Source: Minisyncoccota bacterium
GTDB taxonomy: Bacteria > Pseudomonadota > Alphaproteobacteria > Elsterales > Elsteraceae
NCBI GenBank assembly: GCA_030054295.1
Contig: JASGCE010000009.1
Coordinates: 6,212-30,211, forward strand
Length of the DNA: 24,000 bases
Reading direction: 5' to 3'
A model generated the notes under the pieces. It was not told where the DNA came from and searched no databases. It worked only from the letters and a program-made list of their open reading frames with translations. A program made the translations under genes and the position numbers. This document shows, in pieces, positions 15,641 to 24,000 of this stretch. Position 1 is the first letter of the stretch; each line of letters starts with the position of its first letter.

Positions 15641-16423
15641 TTAATACTCGAATTTAATGTCTGTATATTGTGGTGGCGGTTCCGTAATTTTCCAAATGAA
15701 GAAATTCTGGTCGATGTTAAAAACGGTCTGTCCCTCCATTTGCTGGCGGGAAATCCAATGCATATTGGATTCTTCGATTTGGTTTAATTTTAAAAAAGCA
15801 ACTTGACCATTATAAAGATCAAAATGAATAGCGATGGTTTCAATTCCATCTTCCCGATCTAGTCGTTTAGCCTCGATTACCTTATGTTGTTTGATGTCAT
15901 TGATTCCCGTAAAACCAGTTTGCATTTCTATATGGACACGATTTTTATGGTTTAACTCTATCTCAATATCTGCCTTTGGCGTTCGTTTAAATGTATCGAG
16001 ACTGGAAAAATCATCATCCCCAACAAAAGAAACTTGGCTGAAATCGACATCAAAAATTTGGCATAGGGATTTACGGAAATAGTTGGCAAAAATATATCCG
16101 CGCATCCAAGAGAAATAGACCTGCTCGGGTCGCCGACCTTGATTGTTCAGTCTTGGCAAAAGATGATTATTGACAATAATTTCATAGGGTCGATTGATAT
16201 AGTCTGCGATAAAACCATCTAATGAATCAGGTCTAAGTTCCTGAATAATAACGCGATTAATGACACGAATAGACTCTGCCAATCTCTCATTCAGTTTAGC
16301 AATAAAATGCATATCCACTTCGGCAACAATGTCCTTGGCACCGAAGAAATTCTTGACTGCCGATTGATTGGTAAATCCGAGTTGACGGCGATAGTCTTGA
16401 AAATAGTCAGTGCCAATTAACAT
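15641..16423 (-). CDS. Uncharacterised 260-aa protein, candidate Type II restriction endonuclease partner of the C5 MTase
   Basis: Its stop lies 3 nt upstream of the MTase start on the same strand, and it shares the same AT-rich composition. I recognise no family signature. The segment PKADIEIELNHKNRVHIEMQ could be a PD-(D/E)XK-like D...ExQ variant, but that is speculative. Confidence 0.45.
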   Translation of the reverse strand: MLIGTDYFQDYRRQLGFTNQSAVKNFFGAKDIVAEVDMHFIAKLNERLAESIRVINRVIIQELRPDSLDGFIADYINRPYEIIVNNHLLPRLNNQGRRPEQVYFSWMRGYIFANYFRKSLCQIFDVDFSQVSFVGDDDFSSLDTFKRTPKADIEIELNHKNRVHIEMQTGFTGINDIKQHKVIEAKRLDREDGIETIAIHFDLYNGQVAFLKLNQIEESNMHWISRQQMEGQTVFNIDQNFFIWKITEPPPQYTDIKFEY

Positions 16424-16438
16424 TAAACCAACCCCACC

Positions 16439-17314
16439 CTACTTCCCGCGCACCAGGGCTTCGTAGTCTTCGATCAGGCCGCGGGTGATGGTTCCGACCT
16501 GGAACTTAACCCCGGCGATTTCGTTCACTGGCGTGATCTCGGCCGCGGTGCCGGTGATAAAGACCTCCTCGGTTGAATCCAGTTCGTTTGGCATGATCTG
16601 CCGCTCGACCACCTTTAACCCGCGTTTTAGGGCGAGGGCAATCACCGTCTTGCGGGTAATTCCAGCCAAGAAGCCCGAGGCCTCGGGGGTGTGGACCTCG
16701 CCATTCTGAATCAAAAATAAATTCGCCCCGGTACATTCCGCCAAGAACCCGCGGTAATCGAGCATCAATGCATCGTCAAACCCCTCGCGCTCGGCCTTGT
16801 GCTTTGACAGGGTGCAGATCATGTACAGGCCTGCGGCCTTGGCCTTGACCGGGGCCGTATCGGGCGCCGGGCGGCGGTAGTCAGCCATGCCCAGCTTAAT
16901 CCCCTGCAGGCGTTTTTCCTTGGTGTAGTAATCGGGCCAGACCCAGCAGGCTATGGCCAGGTGCGGCTTGGTTGCCTGCGCTGCCACCGCCAGCATTTCT
17001 GACCCGCGCCACAGAATCGGGCGGACATAGCCCTCGGTAATATTATTAGCCTTAATGGTTTCGATGGTTGCGCGGTCGATCTCGGCTAGACTCCATGGCA
17101 CCTGAATATCGAGCAGATGCGCCGAGTCAATCAGCCGCTGCGAATGGGCCGTCAGTTCAAAAACCTTGCCATTATAGACGCGCTCGCCTTCAAAAACCGC
17201 ACTGCCATAGTGCAGCCCATGGGTCAAGACATGAAGCTTTGCATCGCGCCAAGGCACGAGTTTTCCATCATACCAGATGGTGCCGTCACGGTCGTCGAAA
17301 GGAATCAAGGCCAT
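16439..17314 (-). CDS. ilvE: Branched-chain amino acid aminotransferase (class IV)
   Basis: The track ORF extends to 17545. The conserved protein begins at MALIPFDDRDGTIWYDGKLVPWRDAKLHVLTHGLHYGSAVFEGERVY (ATG at 17314, 291 aa). The upstream 77 codons are low-complexity and overlap a divergent gene. Confidence 0.9.
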   Translation of the reverse strand: MALIPFDDRDGTIWYDGKLVPWRDAKLHVLTHGLHYGSAVFEGERVYNGKVFELTAHSQRLIDSAHLLDIQVPWSLAEIDRATIETIKANNITEGYVRPILWRGSEMLAVAAQATKPHLAIACWVWPDYYTKEKRLQGIKLGMADYRRPAPDTAPVKAKAAGLYMICTLSKHKAEREGFDDALMLDYRGFLAECTGANLFLIQNGEVHTPEASGFLAGITRKTVIALALKRGLKVVERQIMPNELDSTEEVFITGTAAEITPVNEIAGVKFQVGTITRGLIEDYEALVRGK

Positions 17315-17405
17315 TTTAATTCTCGCACTGCGGTTAAACAAATTTTGATTTAACAAGATTTGATGGTAATAATCAAGCCAGTCGCGCAGTAATAAAGGAA
17401 ATAAG

Positions 17406-17855
17406 ATGCTGTTTTTTGAAGCCATAGCCGCCCTCGGGGTCATTGTCCTGATGCTTTTTGGGCTGTTGCCGATGGTGGCGTTTTTGGCTGGGGTGTTTTT
17501 GGCACCGCGCTCTAGGCCTTTAAAAAGATTCCCTTTTCTGCTCATGCATCTGGTGATTTACTGCGTCGCGGTTTTTGGGTTTTTAAGTTTTGTCACCCTC
17601 AGTATCTTGACCCTTGGCTTTGGTTTGCCGCTGGTCTATCTTTTTGTCTGCCTGATAATTTTTTGGAGTGCCCGCACCCTGACTCGCCGCGCGGTGGATG
17701 CTGGCGCGAGCCGCCTGCTGGTGGTGGTCTATGGCCTGATGCTCAGTTGGTCGATTCCCCTGAGCCTGAGTATCATCGGCCTTGGATTGGGAATAGCCTT
17801 GCTCAGTCTGTCCTTTTTAATCTGGCTCTATCTGTTGGTTAAACCGTCGGTATAG
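17406..17855 (+). CDS. Small integral membrane protein (4-5 TM), unknown function
   Basis: 149-aa hydrophobic ORF with AAGGA upstream of the ATG, divergent from ilvE. No family was recognised. Confidence 0.5.
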   Translation: MLFFEAIAALGVIVLMLFGLLPMVAFLAGVFLAPRSRPLKRFPFLLMHLVIYCVAVFGFLSFVTLSILTLGFGLPLVYLFVCLIIFWSARTLTRRAVDAGASRLLVVVYGLMLSWSIPLSLSIIGLGLGIALLSLSFLIWLYLLVKPSV

Positions 17856-17889
17856 AGCGTTACATCAATCTTAATGAAAGGTAACTATA

Positions 17890-18825
17890 ATGGCAGAAGA
17901 ATTTAGCTTCAGTATTAGCAAGTTAGAAGACTACCCTGAAGGAGTACTCAATATTTCGAGCGATAGAATTCAAGCCTATTTGATTCCAAGAGAACGACTT
18001 GAAGAAACTGCAAAAATCATAAATGACTTACGAGAAAGTAAGTCTTGGGTCTATTGTCTTTCGAACCAGAATTGCTTCGATTCAAGAGGACAAGAACTCC
18101 AGGGTTACATTGGTAAGACTGATGATAGTTTTATTACACGCATGAAAACTCACGCTAACAGTAGCCGTAAAGATTTTTGGTCACAGACAATTGGCTTTAC
18201 GAGCTCAAACGGTAATCTCACGAGCCATCACTCAGCTGTTCTTGAGTACAATTTTTATAAACTAGCAAAATCCCGCAGCCGTTGGAAAATTACAAACGAT
18301 AAGAGTCCAAGTGAAATCACACCAAACTCCCACGACACTGTTCGGGTTAATGTCTATAAACAGGAAATTTTGCGAGTTTTTAGAATTCTAGGGTGGAATC
18401 TGTTTGAGGAAAAAATAGCAGATGAAGAAATAAATGCTATAGCGGATGTCGGTAACATTCTTGCGACAGAGGACCTGCAAGATAGCAATTCCATTAAATC
18501 GGAAATGTGGAAAGAATTTGAAAAATTAAAGTTTAAAAACCTCACAAACCAGGAATTGATTTTACTCTGTGAAAAACACAAATGGAATAAAAACACTGTA
18601 CGCAGAGAATATCCTGCCTTTAAACGAGCCAACGGCATGGAGGTCAAAGAGTTTCGTTTATATCCAGTTAAGGTCAATGGAACCCCTTATTCATCGGTTC
18701 GCGCCGCGATGAATGAGCTCGGGATTGAGGGGCATTCGCAGCAGATAAGGGACAAACTCAAAGAATTAAATATCTATGAGATTGTTTCCGATGGCATTCA
18801 ATATAGATTTGAACTTGATGAATAA
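17890..18825 (+). CDS. GIY-YIG nuclease-like protein (free-standing homing-endonuclease-like)
   Basis: 311-aa ORF. The N-terminal half reads WVYCLSNQ...GYIGKTDDSFITRMKTHANSSRKDFW...AVLEYNFYKLA, which fits the GIY...YIG...R...H...E pattern of GIY-YIG nucleases. The C-terminal VNGTPYSSVRAAMNELGIEGHSQQIRDKLKE looks like a small HTH module. The gene is strongly AT-rich compared with its flanks. The assignment is by motif only. Confidence 0.5.
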   Translation: MAEEFSFSISKLEDYPEGVLNISSDRIQAYLIPRERLEETAKIINDLRESKSWVYCLSNQNCFDSRGQELQGYIGKTDDSFITRMKTHANSSRKDFWSQTIGFTSSNGNLTSHHSAVLEYNFYKLAKSRSRWKITNDKSPSEITPNSHDTVRVNVYKQEILRVFRILGWNLFEEKIADEEINAIADVGNILATEDLQDSNSIKSEMWKEFEKLKFKNLTNQELILLCEKHKWNKNTVRREYPAFKRANGMEVKEFRLYPVKVNGTPYSSVRAAMNELGIEGHSQQIRDKLKELNIYEIVSDGIQYRFELDE

Positions 18826-19849
18826 TCAGCCCCCCTTCACCCCTGACTATCCCTTTGGTGCTGCGCCGGCGATTGGCTCGGTGACTGAACCTGTCACGGG
18901 AATCACCTGGTTCAGGTTGCCGCTGCCCTTTGCCCTCAACCATATTAACTGCTGGATATTTGGCGCGGCAAATGACTGTGCGATTATCGATGCTGGCCAT
19001 TATGACGAGGCGACCAAATCGATTTGGCAACCGCAGATTGCTCGGCGAAAAATCAACCAGATTGTCATTACCCATTACCATCCCGACCATCTTGGCTGTG
19101 GCGAGTGGCTGCAATCGCTCACGGGTGCTGCGGCCTATATGTCGCGCGAGGAACATCGGATTGCCGCCGAGACCCGCGACATGTCGGATGAGCTCGAGGC
19201 GCAACATCGGTTAAAATTCTTCGCCCTGCATGGACTGTCGGGAAAGGCCCTGGCCGAGCAACAACACTTTAGTTTCGGCTATGCCATGTCGGTGCCGCAC
19301 CTGCCGCGCGAGCCACACTGGCTGGTTGATGGCGACACCATCCCCCTCGGCGGCGCGGACTGGCGCGTCCTTTCTGGCGGCGGCCACAGTAATGACCAGA
19401 CCATGCTTTATGAGTCGCGGCGCAGGATTCTGCTGGCGGCGGATCAGGTTTTGCCATCCATCTCGCCCAATATTTCGGTCTGGTTTGACGCGCCGGATGC
19501 TGACCCGCTGGCCGAGTTTTTTAAGTCTCTGGCGCGTTTAAGGGCCGAGATTCCCGCCGATGCCCTGGTGCTGCCCTCGCACGGTCGGCCCTTTTATGGG
19601 CTGCACGGTCGGATTGATCAGTTGGTTGCGCACCATCAGGATCGGCTGGAACTGCTGCTGCGGCTGATGACCGCGCCGGTCACAGCGGCGGAATCTTTGA
19701 CCCCGCTTTTTGAACGGGAACTCGATGATTTTCAAATCAGTTTTGCCATGGGCGAGGCATTGGCGCACCTTAACCATCTGGTGACTCTGGGCCTGGCCGA
19801 ACGGCAGGAGTTAAATGGAGTTATGCGATTTGCGAAATCGAGCCGTTAA
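18818..19849 (+). CDS. MBL-fold metallo-hydrolase
   Basis: 343 aa from the ATG at 18818 (MNNQPPF...). It carries the HxHxDH motif THYHPDHLG and later GGGHS. The start overlaps the stop of the upstream ORF in the sequence ATGAATAA. Confidence 0.85.
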   Translation: MNNQPPFTPDYPFGAAPAIGSVTEPVTGITWFRLPLPFALNHINCWIFGAANDCAIIDAGHYDEATKSIWQPQIARRKINQIVITHYHPDHLGCGEWLQSLTGAAAYMSREEHRIAAETRDMSDELEAQHRLKFFALHGLSGKALAEQQHFSFGYAMSVPHLPREPHWLVDGDTIPLGGADWRVLSGGGHSNDQTMLYESRRRILLAADQVLPSISPNISVWFDAPDADPLAEFFKSLARLRAEIPADALVLPSHGRPFYGLHGRIDQLVAHHQDRLELLLRLMTAPVTAAESLTPLFERELDDFQISFAMGEALAHLNHLVTLGLAERQELNGVMRFAKSSR

Positions 19850-19856
19850 AAACCCG

Positions 19857-20330
19857 TCAGCCCCGCGGTTGGTGCCAGCCGCCCGACTCATTCTGGGCAT
19901 AGTACTTAACCTCGTGCCCCGCAACCTTGGCTAATCGGTATCGCTCCCGCGCCAAGGCCAGCTGCTCATCGTCATTGCCGTCAAAAACATCCAAAACCCG
20001 CGTCACCGATGGAACCACCAAGCCATCCAAAGACCGACCGTCACAGAGAATCAAAAGCTCCGGTTCATTAACAAAATCATCAGCCGCGGTCAGCCAAATC
20101 TTCTGCACCCTTGCCTGTTCATCAGGCAGTTTATCGCCACTGTGGCAATGGGCCAAAAAAGCCTCAGCCCGCGGATAGGCCCACAGGGAATCACTGACCT
20201 GAACCAGACTCTCCACCGAGCCACAGGCAATCGCCACCCTCATGTCGCGCCCCCGCGCCATAAAGACCAGCTGCCCGAGGGCATCGGTCAAACCCCGAGT
20301 CGTAAGGTGATAGAAACTAACCTCCACCAT
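19857..20330 (-). CDS. holC: DNA polymerase III chi subunit
   Basis: 157-aa ORF starting MVEVSFYHLTTRGLTDALGQLV, with LW...FLAH and a QKIWLT-type core. It lies immediately downstream of pepA, which is the usual pepA-holC pairing. Confidence 0.8.
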   Translation of the reverse strand: MVEVSFYHLTTRGLTDALGQLVFMARGRDMRVAIACGSVESLVQVSDSLWAYPRAEAFLAHCHSGDKLPDEQARVQKIWLTAADDFVNEPELLILCDGRSLDGLVVPSVTRVLDVFDGNDDEQLALARERYRLAKVAGHEVKYYAQNESGGWHQPRG

Positions 20331-20345
20331 CCTTAACGCTCCCCG

Positions 20346-21911
20346 CTATTCGTAGCTGCGCACCAAACGGTCGAGTAGGCGAACCCCCCACCCCGTAGCC
20401 CCCTTCGGCGAAGTCCCCTTGGCCTTGTCCGACCAGGCCATGCCCGCAATATCCAAATGGGCCCATGCTGTGTCCTTGACAAACCTTTTTAAAAACTGCG
20501 CCCCGACAATCGAACCCGAGGTGCCATCGCCAATATTCTTCATATCGGCAATGGTTGAATTGATCATCTTGTCATAGGCATCACTCATCGGGAACTGCCA
20601 AACCGTCTCCCCCTCCTCCGCTCCTGCCGCGCTGATGGCCGCCGCAAGCTTTTCATCATTGGCAAAAAGCCCGGCATTTTCATGACCCAGGGCGGTGATA
20701 ATCGCCCCGGTCAAGGTCGCCAAATCGACCATGATCGATGGGCTAAATCTTTTCTCGGTATAGCTCAGGACATCAGCCAGCACCAAACGACCCTCGGCAT
20801 CGGTGTTCAAAACCTCGATGGTTTGCCCGTCGTAGGCCTTGACAATATCGCCCGGTCGCTGCGCCGCGCCATCGGGCATATTCTCGACCAGCCCAACCAC
20901 CCCGACCACATTGGCCCTGGCCCTGCGTTTGGCTACCGCAATCATGGCCCCGACCACCGCCGCCGAACCGGCCATGTCCCATTTCATGTCCTCCATCGAC
21001 TTGGCCGGCTTGAGCGACAGACCGCCCGAGTCAAAGGTCACACCCTTACCCACCAAAGCAATGGGCTTGGATTTCTTAGCCCCGCCGTTCCATTCCAGAA
21101 TCGCAATCCGCGCCCGATGGGGCGAGCCAAGCCCGACCCCCAACAGGGCCCCCATCCCCAGCTTGGCCAGCTGTTTGTCGTCGAGAATCTCCACCGAGAG
21201 ACCGGCGATTTTGAGCCTTTCCAAGGCCGCGCAATAGCTGATGGGATTCAAAACATTCGGCGGTTCAGAGACCAGATCCTTAGTAAATTCAATCGCCTCG
21301 ACCAGGGATTCGCGCTCCGCCCAGGCGGCCTTGGCGGATTTTACCACCGCGGCATCGCTGCTGGTGATGGTGATACTGGTCAAGTTCGGCTGTTCTTCGG
21401 GCTTGATCTTGGTGCGGTATTTATCAAAACGATAGGATCGCAGGGCCGCCCCGAGGGCCAGTTCAGCCGCAATCTCGGCCAGCGACAGGCCGGGTTTTTC
21501 TTTACCCGATTCCAGGGAAGCGGCGACCGAATCGAGATCAATCTCAATCGCGCTGCTATTGCCACCAAGACCGCGAGCGGCAATATTGGCGCCGATTTCC
21601 CCCACCTTCGCGCGAGTCAGGGACGCGACCTTACCCATGCCAAAGATCATCAGCGAACTTGCCGAATCCCCGCCCTTGCTGGTGGGTAAAATCACCTCGA
21701 GCTCATCCCCCATCTTGCCCTTGAAACGGTGGTGGGCGAGGGCGCGGACAATGATTCCGCCAGACTCTTTGTCCCACTCGGCGACAATCGGCGACAGCAC
21801 TGGCTCGGTTTTGGCAGCGGATTTGCTGCTGACTTCAGCCTCAGCCTCGGTCACGGCCAATGCAGTCACGCCATTTTTGTTTTTCGTCGGGGCAGAAAAA
21901 TTAATCTTCAT
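20346..21911 (-). CDS. pepA: Leucyl aminopeptidase (M17)
   Basis: 521-aa ORF with the M17 signature NTDAEGRLVLAD and the VGKGVTFDSGG metal/substrate motif. Confidence 0.95.
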   Translation of the reverse strand: MKINFSAPTKNKNGVTALAVTEAEAEVSSKSAAKTEPVLSPIVAEWDKESGGIIVRALAHHRFKGKMGDELEVILPTSKGGDSASSLMIFGMGKVASLTRAKVGEIGANIAARGLGGNSSAIEIDLDSVAASLESGKEKPGLSLAEIAAELALGAALRSYRFDKYRTKIKPEEQPNLTSITITSSDAAVVKSAKAAWAERESLVEAIEFTKDLVSEPPNVLNPISYCAALERLKIAGLSVEILDDKQLAKLGMGALLGVGLGSPHRARIAILEWNGGAKKSKPIALVGKGVTFDSGGLSLKPAKSMEDMKWDMAGSAAVVGAMIAVAKRRARANVVGVVGLVENMPDGAAQRPGDIVKAYDGQTIEVLNTDAEGRLVLADVLSYTEKRFSPSIMVDLATLTGAIITALGHENAGLFANDEKLAAAISAAGAEEGETVWQFPMSDAYDKMINSTIADMKNIGDGTSGSIVGAQFLKRFVKDTAWAHLDIAGMAWSDKAKGTSPKGATGWGVRLLDRLVRSYE

Positions 21912-21962
21912 AGCAGGTGAGTCCTACAAAAAAAGGATTTTGGTATCGCGATTAACCCGAAC

Positions 21963-23648
21963 CTAGCCGCGAACCTCGGTCAGGAACTGATTGAGATTAC
22001 CGGCGAGATTATCGGTCTGGCTGGTCAAGGCCTCGGCAGCATCGAGCAACTTACCCGCTTCGGAATCGGTAGTGCGAGCGGCATTGACCACCTCCACCAT
22101 CCGACTTTGCAGATTCTGGGTGCTGGTTGAAACCGTGGTAGCGGTCTGGGTAATTTCCGCAGTCGAGGCATCCTGCTGTTGCACCGCCGTCGCAATCGAG
22201 TTGGAAATTTCCCCCACATTGCCGACAATCGAGGCAATATTCTGAATCGCCTCCACCGCCTGATTGGTCGTGGTCTGCATATCCCCGATCAAGGCGGTAA
22301 TATCCTGAGTCGCCCGCGCGGTCTGATTGGCCAGGGCCTTGACCTCGCTGGCCACCACAGCAAAACCTCGGCCAGCCTCGCCCGCCCGCGCTGCCTCGAT
22401 GGTCGCATTCAAGGCCAGCAGATTGGTCTGGCCAGCAATCGATTCGATCAGGCTGATCACCTTGCCAATCCGCTCGGCCCCATCGGCAAGATGAGTCACG
22501 ATCTCGTTGGTGCGGCGGGTATCATCGACGGCGGCACCGACAATTTCGCTCGACTGGGCGACCAGCCGACCAATCTCTTGAATCGAGGCCGAGAGTTCCG
22601 TCGCCGAACCCGCCAACCCCTCAATCGCCGTCGTCGCCTGCACCGCCTGGCTGATGACGATCCGCGCCTCCTTGAGGGTAAGCTGCGCCGCCGATGACAT
22701 GGAACGGGCCGAGGCCTCGACTCCATTGGCCGCCTTGGAGATGACCGAGATCGAGCTGCCCATTTCGGTCTCGACCTTGGACGAAACCGAGGCAAGAGTA
22801 TCCTGTCGATTTTTAATCAGGTCCTCTTGGAGTTTCTGCTGTTCATCGTGAAGGCTGCTGGCATTCTTGACCGAATCGCGCAGAACCTCGCAGGCCCGCG
22901 CCATCTTGCCGAGAATATCCGTCCGACCCGTATAGGGAACGGCCTCGTGAGTCGCCCCCTGCGAAATCGAAACCAGGCTTTTCGACAGGATATAAAGGGG
23001 CCTGGTCACCTGCCGATTGATAATAAAAACCCCCGCAAGCATGGCAAAGCCCGTAACCCCAATGACCAAAACCAACAGCCACTGTTCAAACTGACGGGTG
23101 CGTTTTTGGTAATATTCAACCGAGACTGGAACCGCCAGAATCCCAACCACATCGCCATCAATGGTCTTGATTGGGTCGGCCGCAACATAATAATCATTAT
23201 TGGCAAATATCGAAAGATAGCCGCGATAGCTTTGCTTATCTTGATAGATTGTCTTATAGAGGGCGGAGTTTTTATCGAGTCGCGTGCCCTGCATCGAACG
23301 ATTATTCTCGTCCTTTAAGGCCGTCGTGGCCCTGACATCACCGACAAATATGGTCACCGGACTATCGGAAATGGCCAGAACCTCATCGACAAACGCTTGA
23401 TTGTTGGTCATGGAATGGCTGCCAAAAAACAGCTCGTCATTCTTTAAACTTATATCTGTGCCGAGGTTCTTTAAGACATGCCATGATGCATTGAGGGTAA
23501 TCAGCGCCCGATCCTCGGTCTGGATCTCGGTATCTTTTTTTAGAATATAGAATGAAGCCGCGCCCAAAATCGCCCCCAGCGCGATACAGGAGACCAGCGT
23601 TATCAAAAGGATTCTTAAACTGAGGGAGGCTCTATATCGATTCAACAT
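21963..23648 (-). CDS. Methyl-accepting chemotaxis protein with a periplasmic Cache-type sensor
   Basis: 561-aa ORF with two TM helices flanking a sensor domain of about 170 aa, a HAMP region, and the conserved signalling hairpin [37 protein letters not shown]. Confidence 0.9.
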   Translation of the reverse strand: MLNRYRASLSLRILLITLVSCIALGAILGAASFYILKKDTEIQTEDRALITLNASWHVLKNLGTDISLKNDELFFGSHSMTNNQAFVDEVLAISDSPVTIFVGDVRATTALKDENNRSMQGTRLDKNSALYKTIYQDKQSYRGYLSIFANNDYYVAADPIKTIDGDVVGILAVPVSVEYYQKRTRQFEQWLLVLVIGVTGFAMLAGVFIINRQVTRPLYILSKSLVSISQGATHEAVPYTGRTDILGKMARACEVLRDSVKNASSLHDEQQKLQEDLIKNRQDTLASVSSKVETEMGSSISVISKAANGVEASARSMSSAAQLTLKEARIVISQAVQATTAIEGLAGSATELSASIQEIGRLVAQSSEIVGAAVDDTRRTNEIVTHLADGAERIGKVISLIESIAGQTNLLALNATIEAARAGEAGRGFAVVASEVKALANQTARATQDITALIGDMQTTTNQAVEAIQNIASIVGNVGEISNSIATAVQQQDASTAEITQTATTVSTSTQNLQSRMVEVVNAARTTDSEAGKLLDAAEALTSQTDNLAGNLNQFLTEVRG

Positions 23649-23673
23649 GGGCTAATAAACTCTCGGTTAAAAA

Positions 23674-24000
23674 CTATCGATTTTGACTTGAACTGCCCCT
23701 TGCCGTTTGAGACTGTGAGACTCGCTTACGATAGGCATCGCTGCCATAGACAATCCGCGCAATCAAGACCGAGAGGGTCAAGACAAAACTGACGATATTG
23801 GTTATAATCAGTGGCAGTGAATTAATCAATATCGCATAGATCTCCCACAGCACGACTCCAGCGACCATTGCACTATACATAGCAATGGAAACATCCGCAA
23901 CCGATTTGGTCTTTAACGAACGATAGAGCTGCGGAGCAAAGGACAAGGTGGTCAAACCACCCGCGATAAAACCCAACAACGAAATATAGTCAATGTCCAA
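23674..24000 (-). CDS. SemiSWEET / PQ-loop family small transporter; the N-terminus is at or beyond the right edge
   Basis: 108 codons with three TM helices and the PQ motif (LSFAPQLYRSLKTKS). The reading frame is open to the window edge, and the apparent TTG start is not reliable. Confidence 0.7.
   Translation of the reverse strand: MDIDYISLLGFIAGGLTTLSFAPQLYRSLKTKSVADVSIAMYSAMVAGVVLWEIYAILINSLPLIITNIVSFVLTLSVLIARIVYGSDAYRKRVSQSQTARGSSSQNR

Noticed and set aside
14485-16426. 10-bp inverted match TTAATGTTAA (14485-14494) and TTAACATTAA (16417-16426) at the two ends of the AT-rich R-M module, as possible terminal inverted repeats
   Set aside because: The match is short and AT-rich and does not extend into the flanks. 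The right copy contains the ORF start codon and the left copy is part of a local palindrome. No transposase is present. Evidence for a mobile-element terminus is insufficient.
17315-17545. 77-codon N-terminal extension of the ilvE ORF in the track
   Set aside because: The conserved aminotransferase sequence begins at the ATG at 17314. The extension is low-complexity and overlaps the divergent membrane-protein gene and its promoter region.
18776-18817. 14-codon upstream extension of the MBL hydrolase ORF
   Set aside because: It lies inside the AT-rich foreign gene. The ATG at 18818 coincides with the composition switch and is the more plausible start.
20682-21689. 335-aa ORF on the plus strand inside pepA
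   Set aside because: It is antisense to an unambiguous M17 aminopeptidase. Its composition is rich in Arg, Gly, Pro, Gln and His, and it has no motifs. It is a shadow ORF.

Overview
The window looks like a chromosomal segment from an alphaproteobacterium. This is judged only from gene order (rpmH-rnpA-yidD-yidC-engB, pepA-holC) and protein sequences; no search was run. Most genes lie on the minus strand. The housekeeping blocks are engB (partial), yidC, yidD, rnpA and rpmH at 1-3333, ilvE at 16439-17314, and an MBL hydrolase, holC, pepA, a chemoreceptor and a partial SemiSWEET at 18818-24000. Three things between these blocks deserve attention. (1) A tightly packed five-gene minus-strand operon at 5265-10679 encodes an aldehyde dehydrogenase, a LigB-type extradiol dioxygenase, a FAH-family enzyme, an acetoacetate-decarboxylase-like protein and a cytochrome P450. 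It is flanked by a glutamine-synthetase-like gene, an APC permease and a MarR regulator. This looks like a non-canonical aromatic or amine catabolic module. (2) A family of modular, nested-hairpin intergenic repeats occurs four times, at about 3467-3645, 5043-5277, 10811-11169 and a degenerate copy at 13553-13650. The copies bracket the catabolic genes as about 206-nt inverted and about 180-nt direct repeats, and their differences include several compensatory stem substitutions. (3) Two AT-rich, apparently horizontally acquired insertions are present. One is an uncharacterised 260-aa protein plus a C5 cytosine methyltransferase, wedged 15 nt behind ilvE and next to a second methyltransferase of the N6/N4 class. 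The other is a single GIY-YIG-like gene at 17890-18825 whose stop overlaps the start of the downstream MBL hydrolase. I saw no rRNA, tRNA, CRISPR array, transposase or integrase. All family assignments rest on motifs read by eye and recalled family knowledge, not on database searches.
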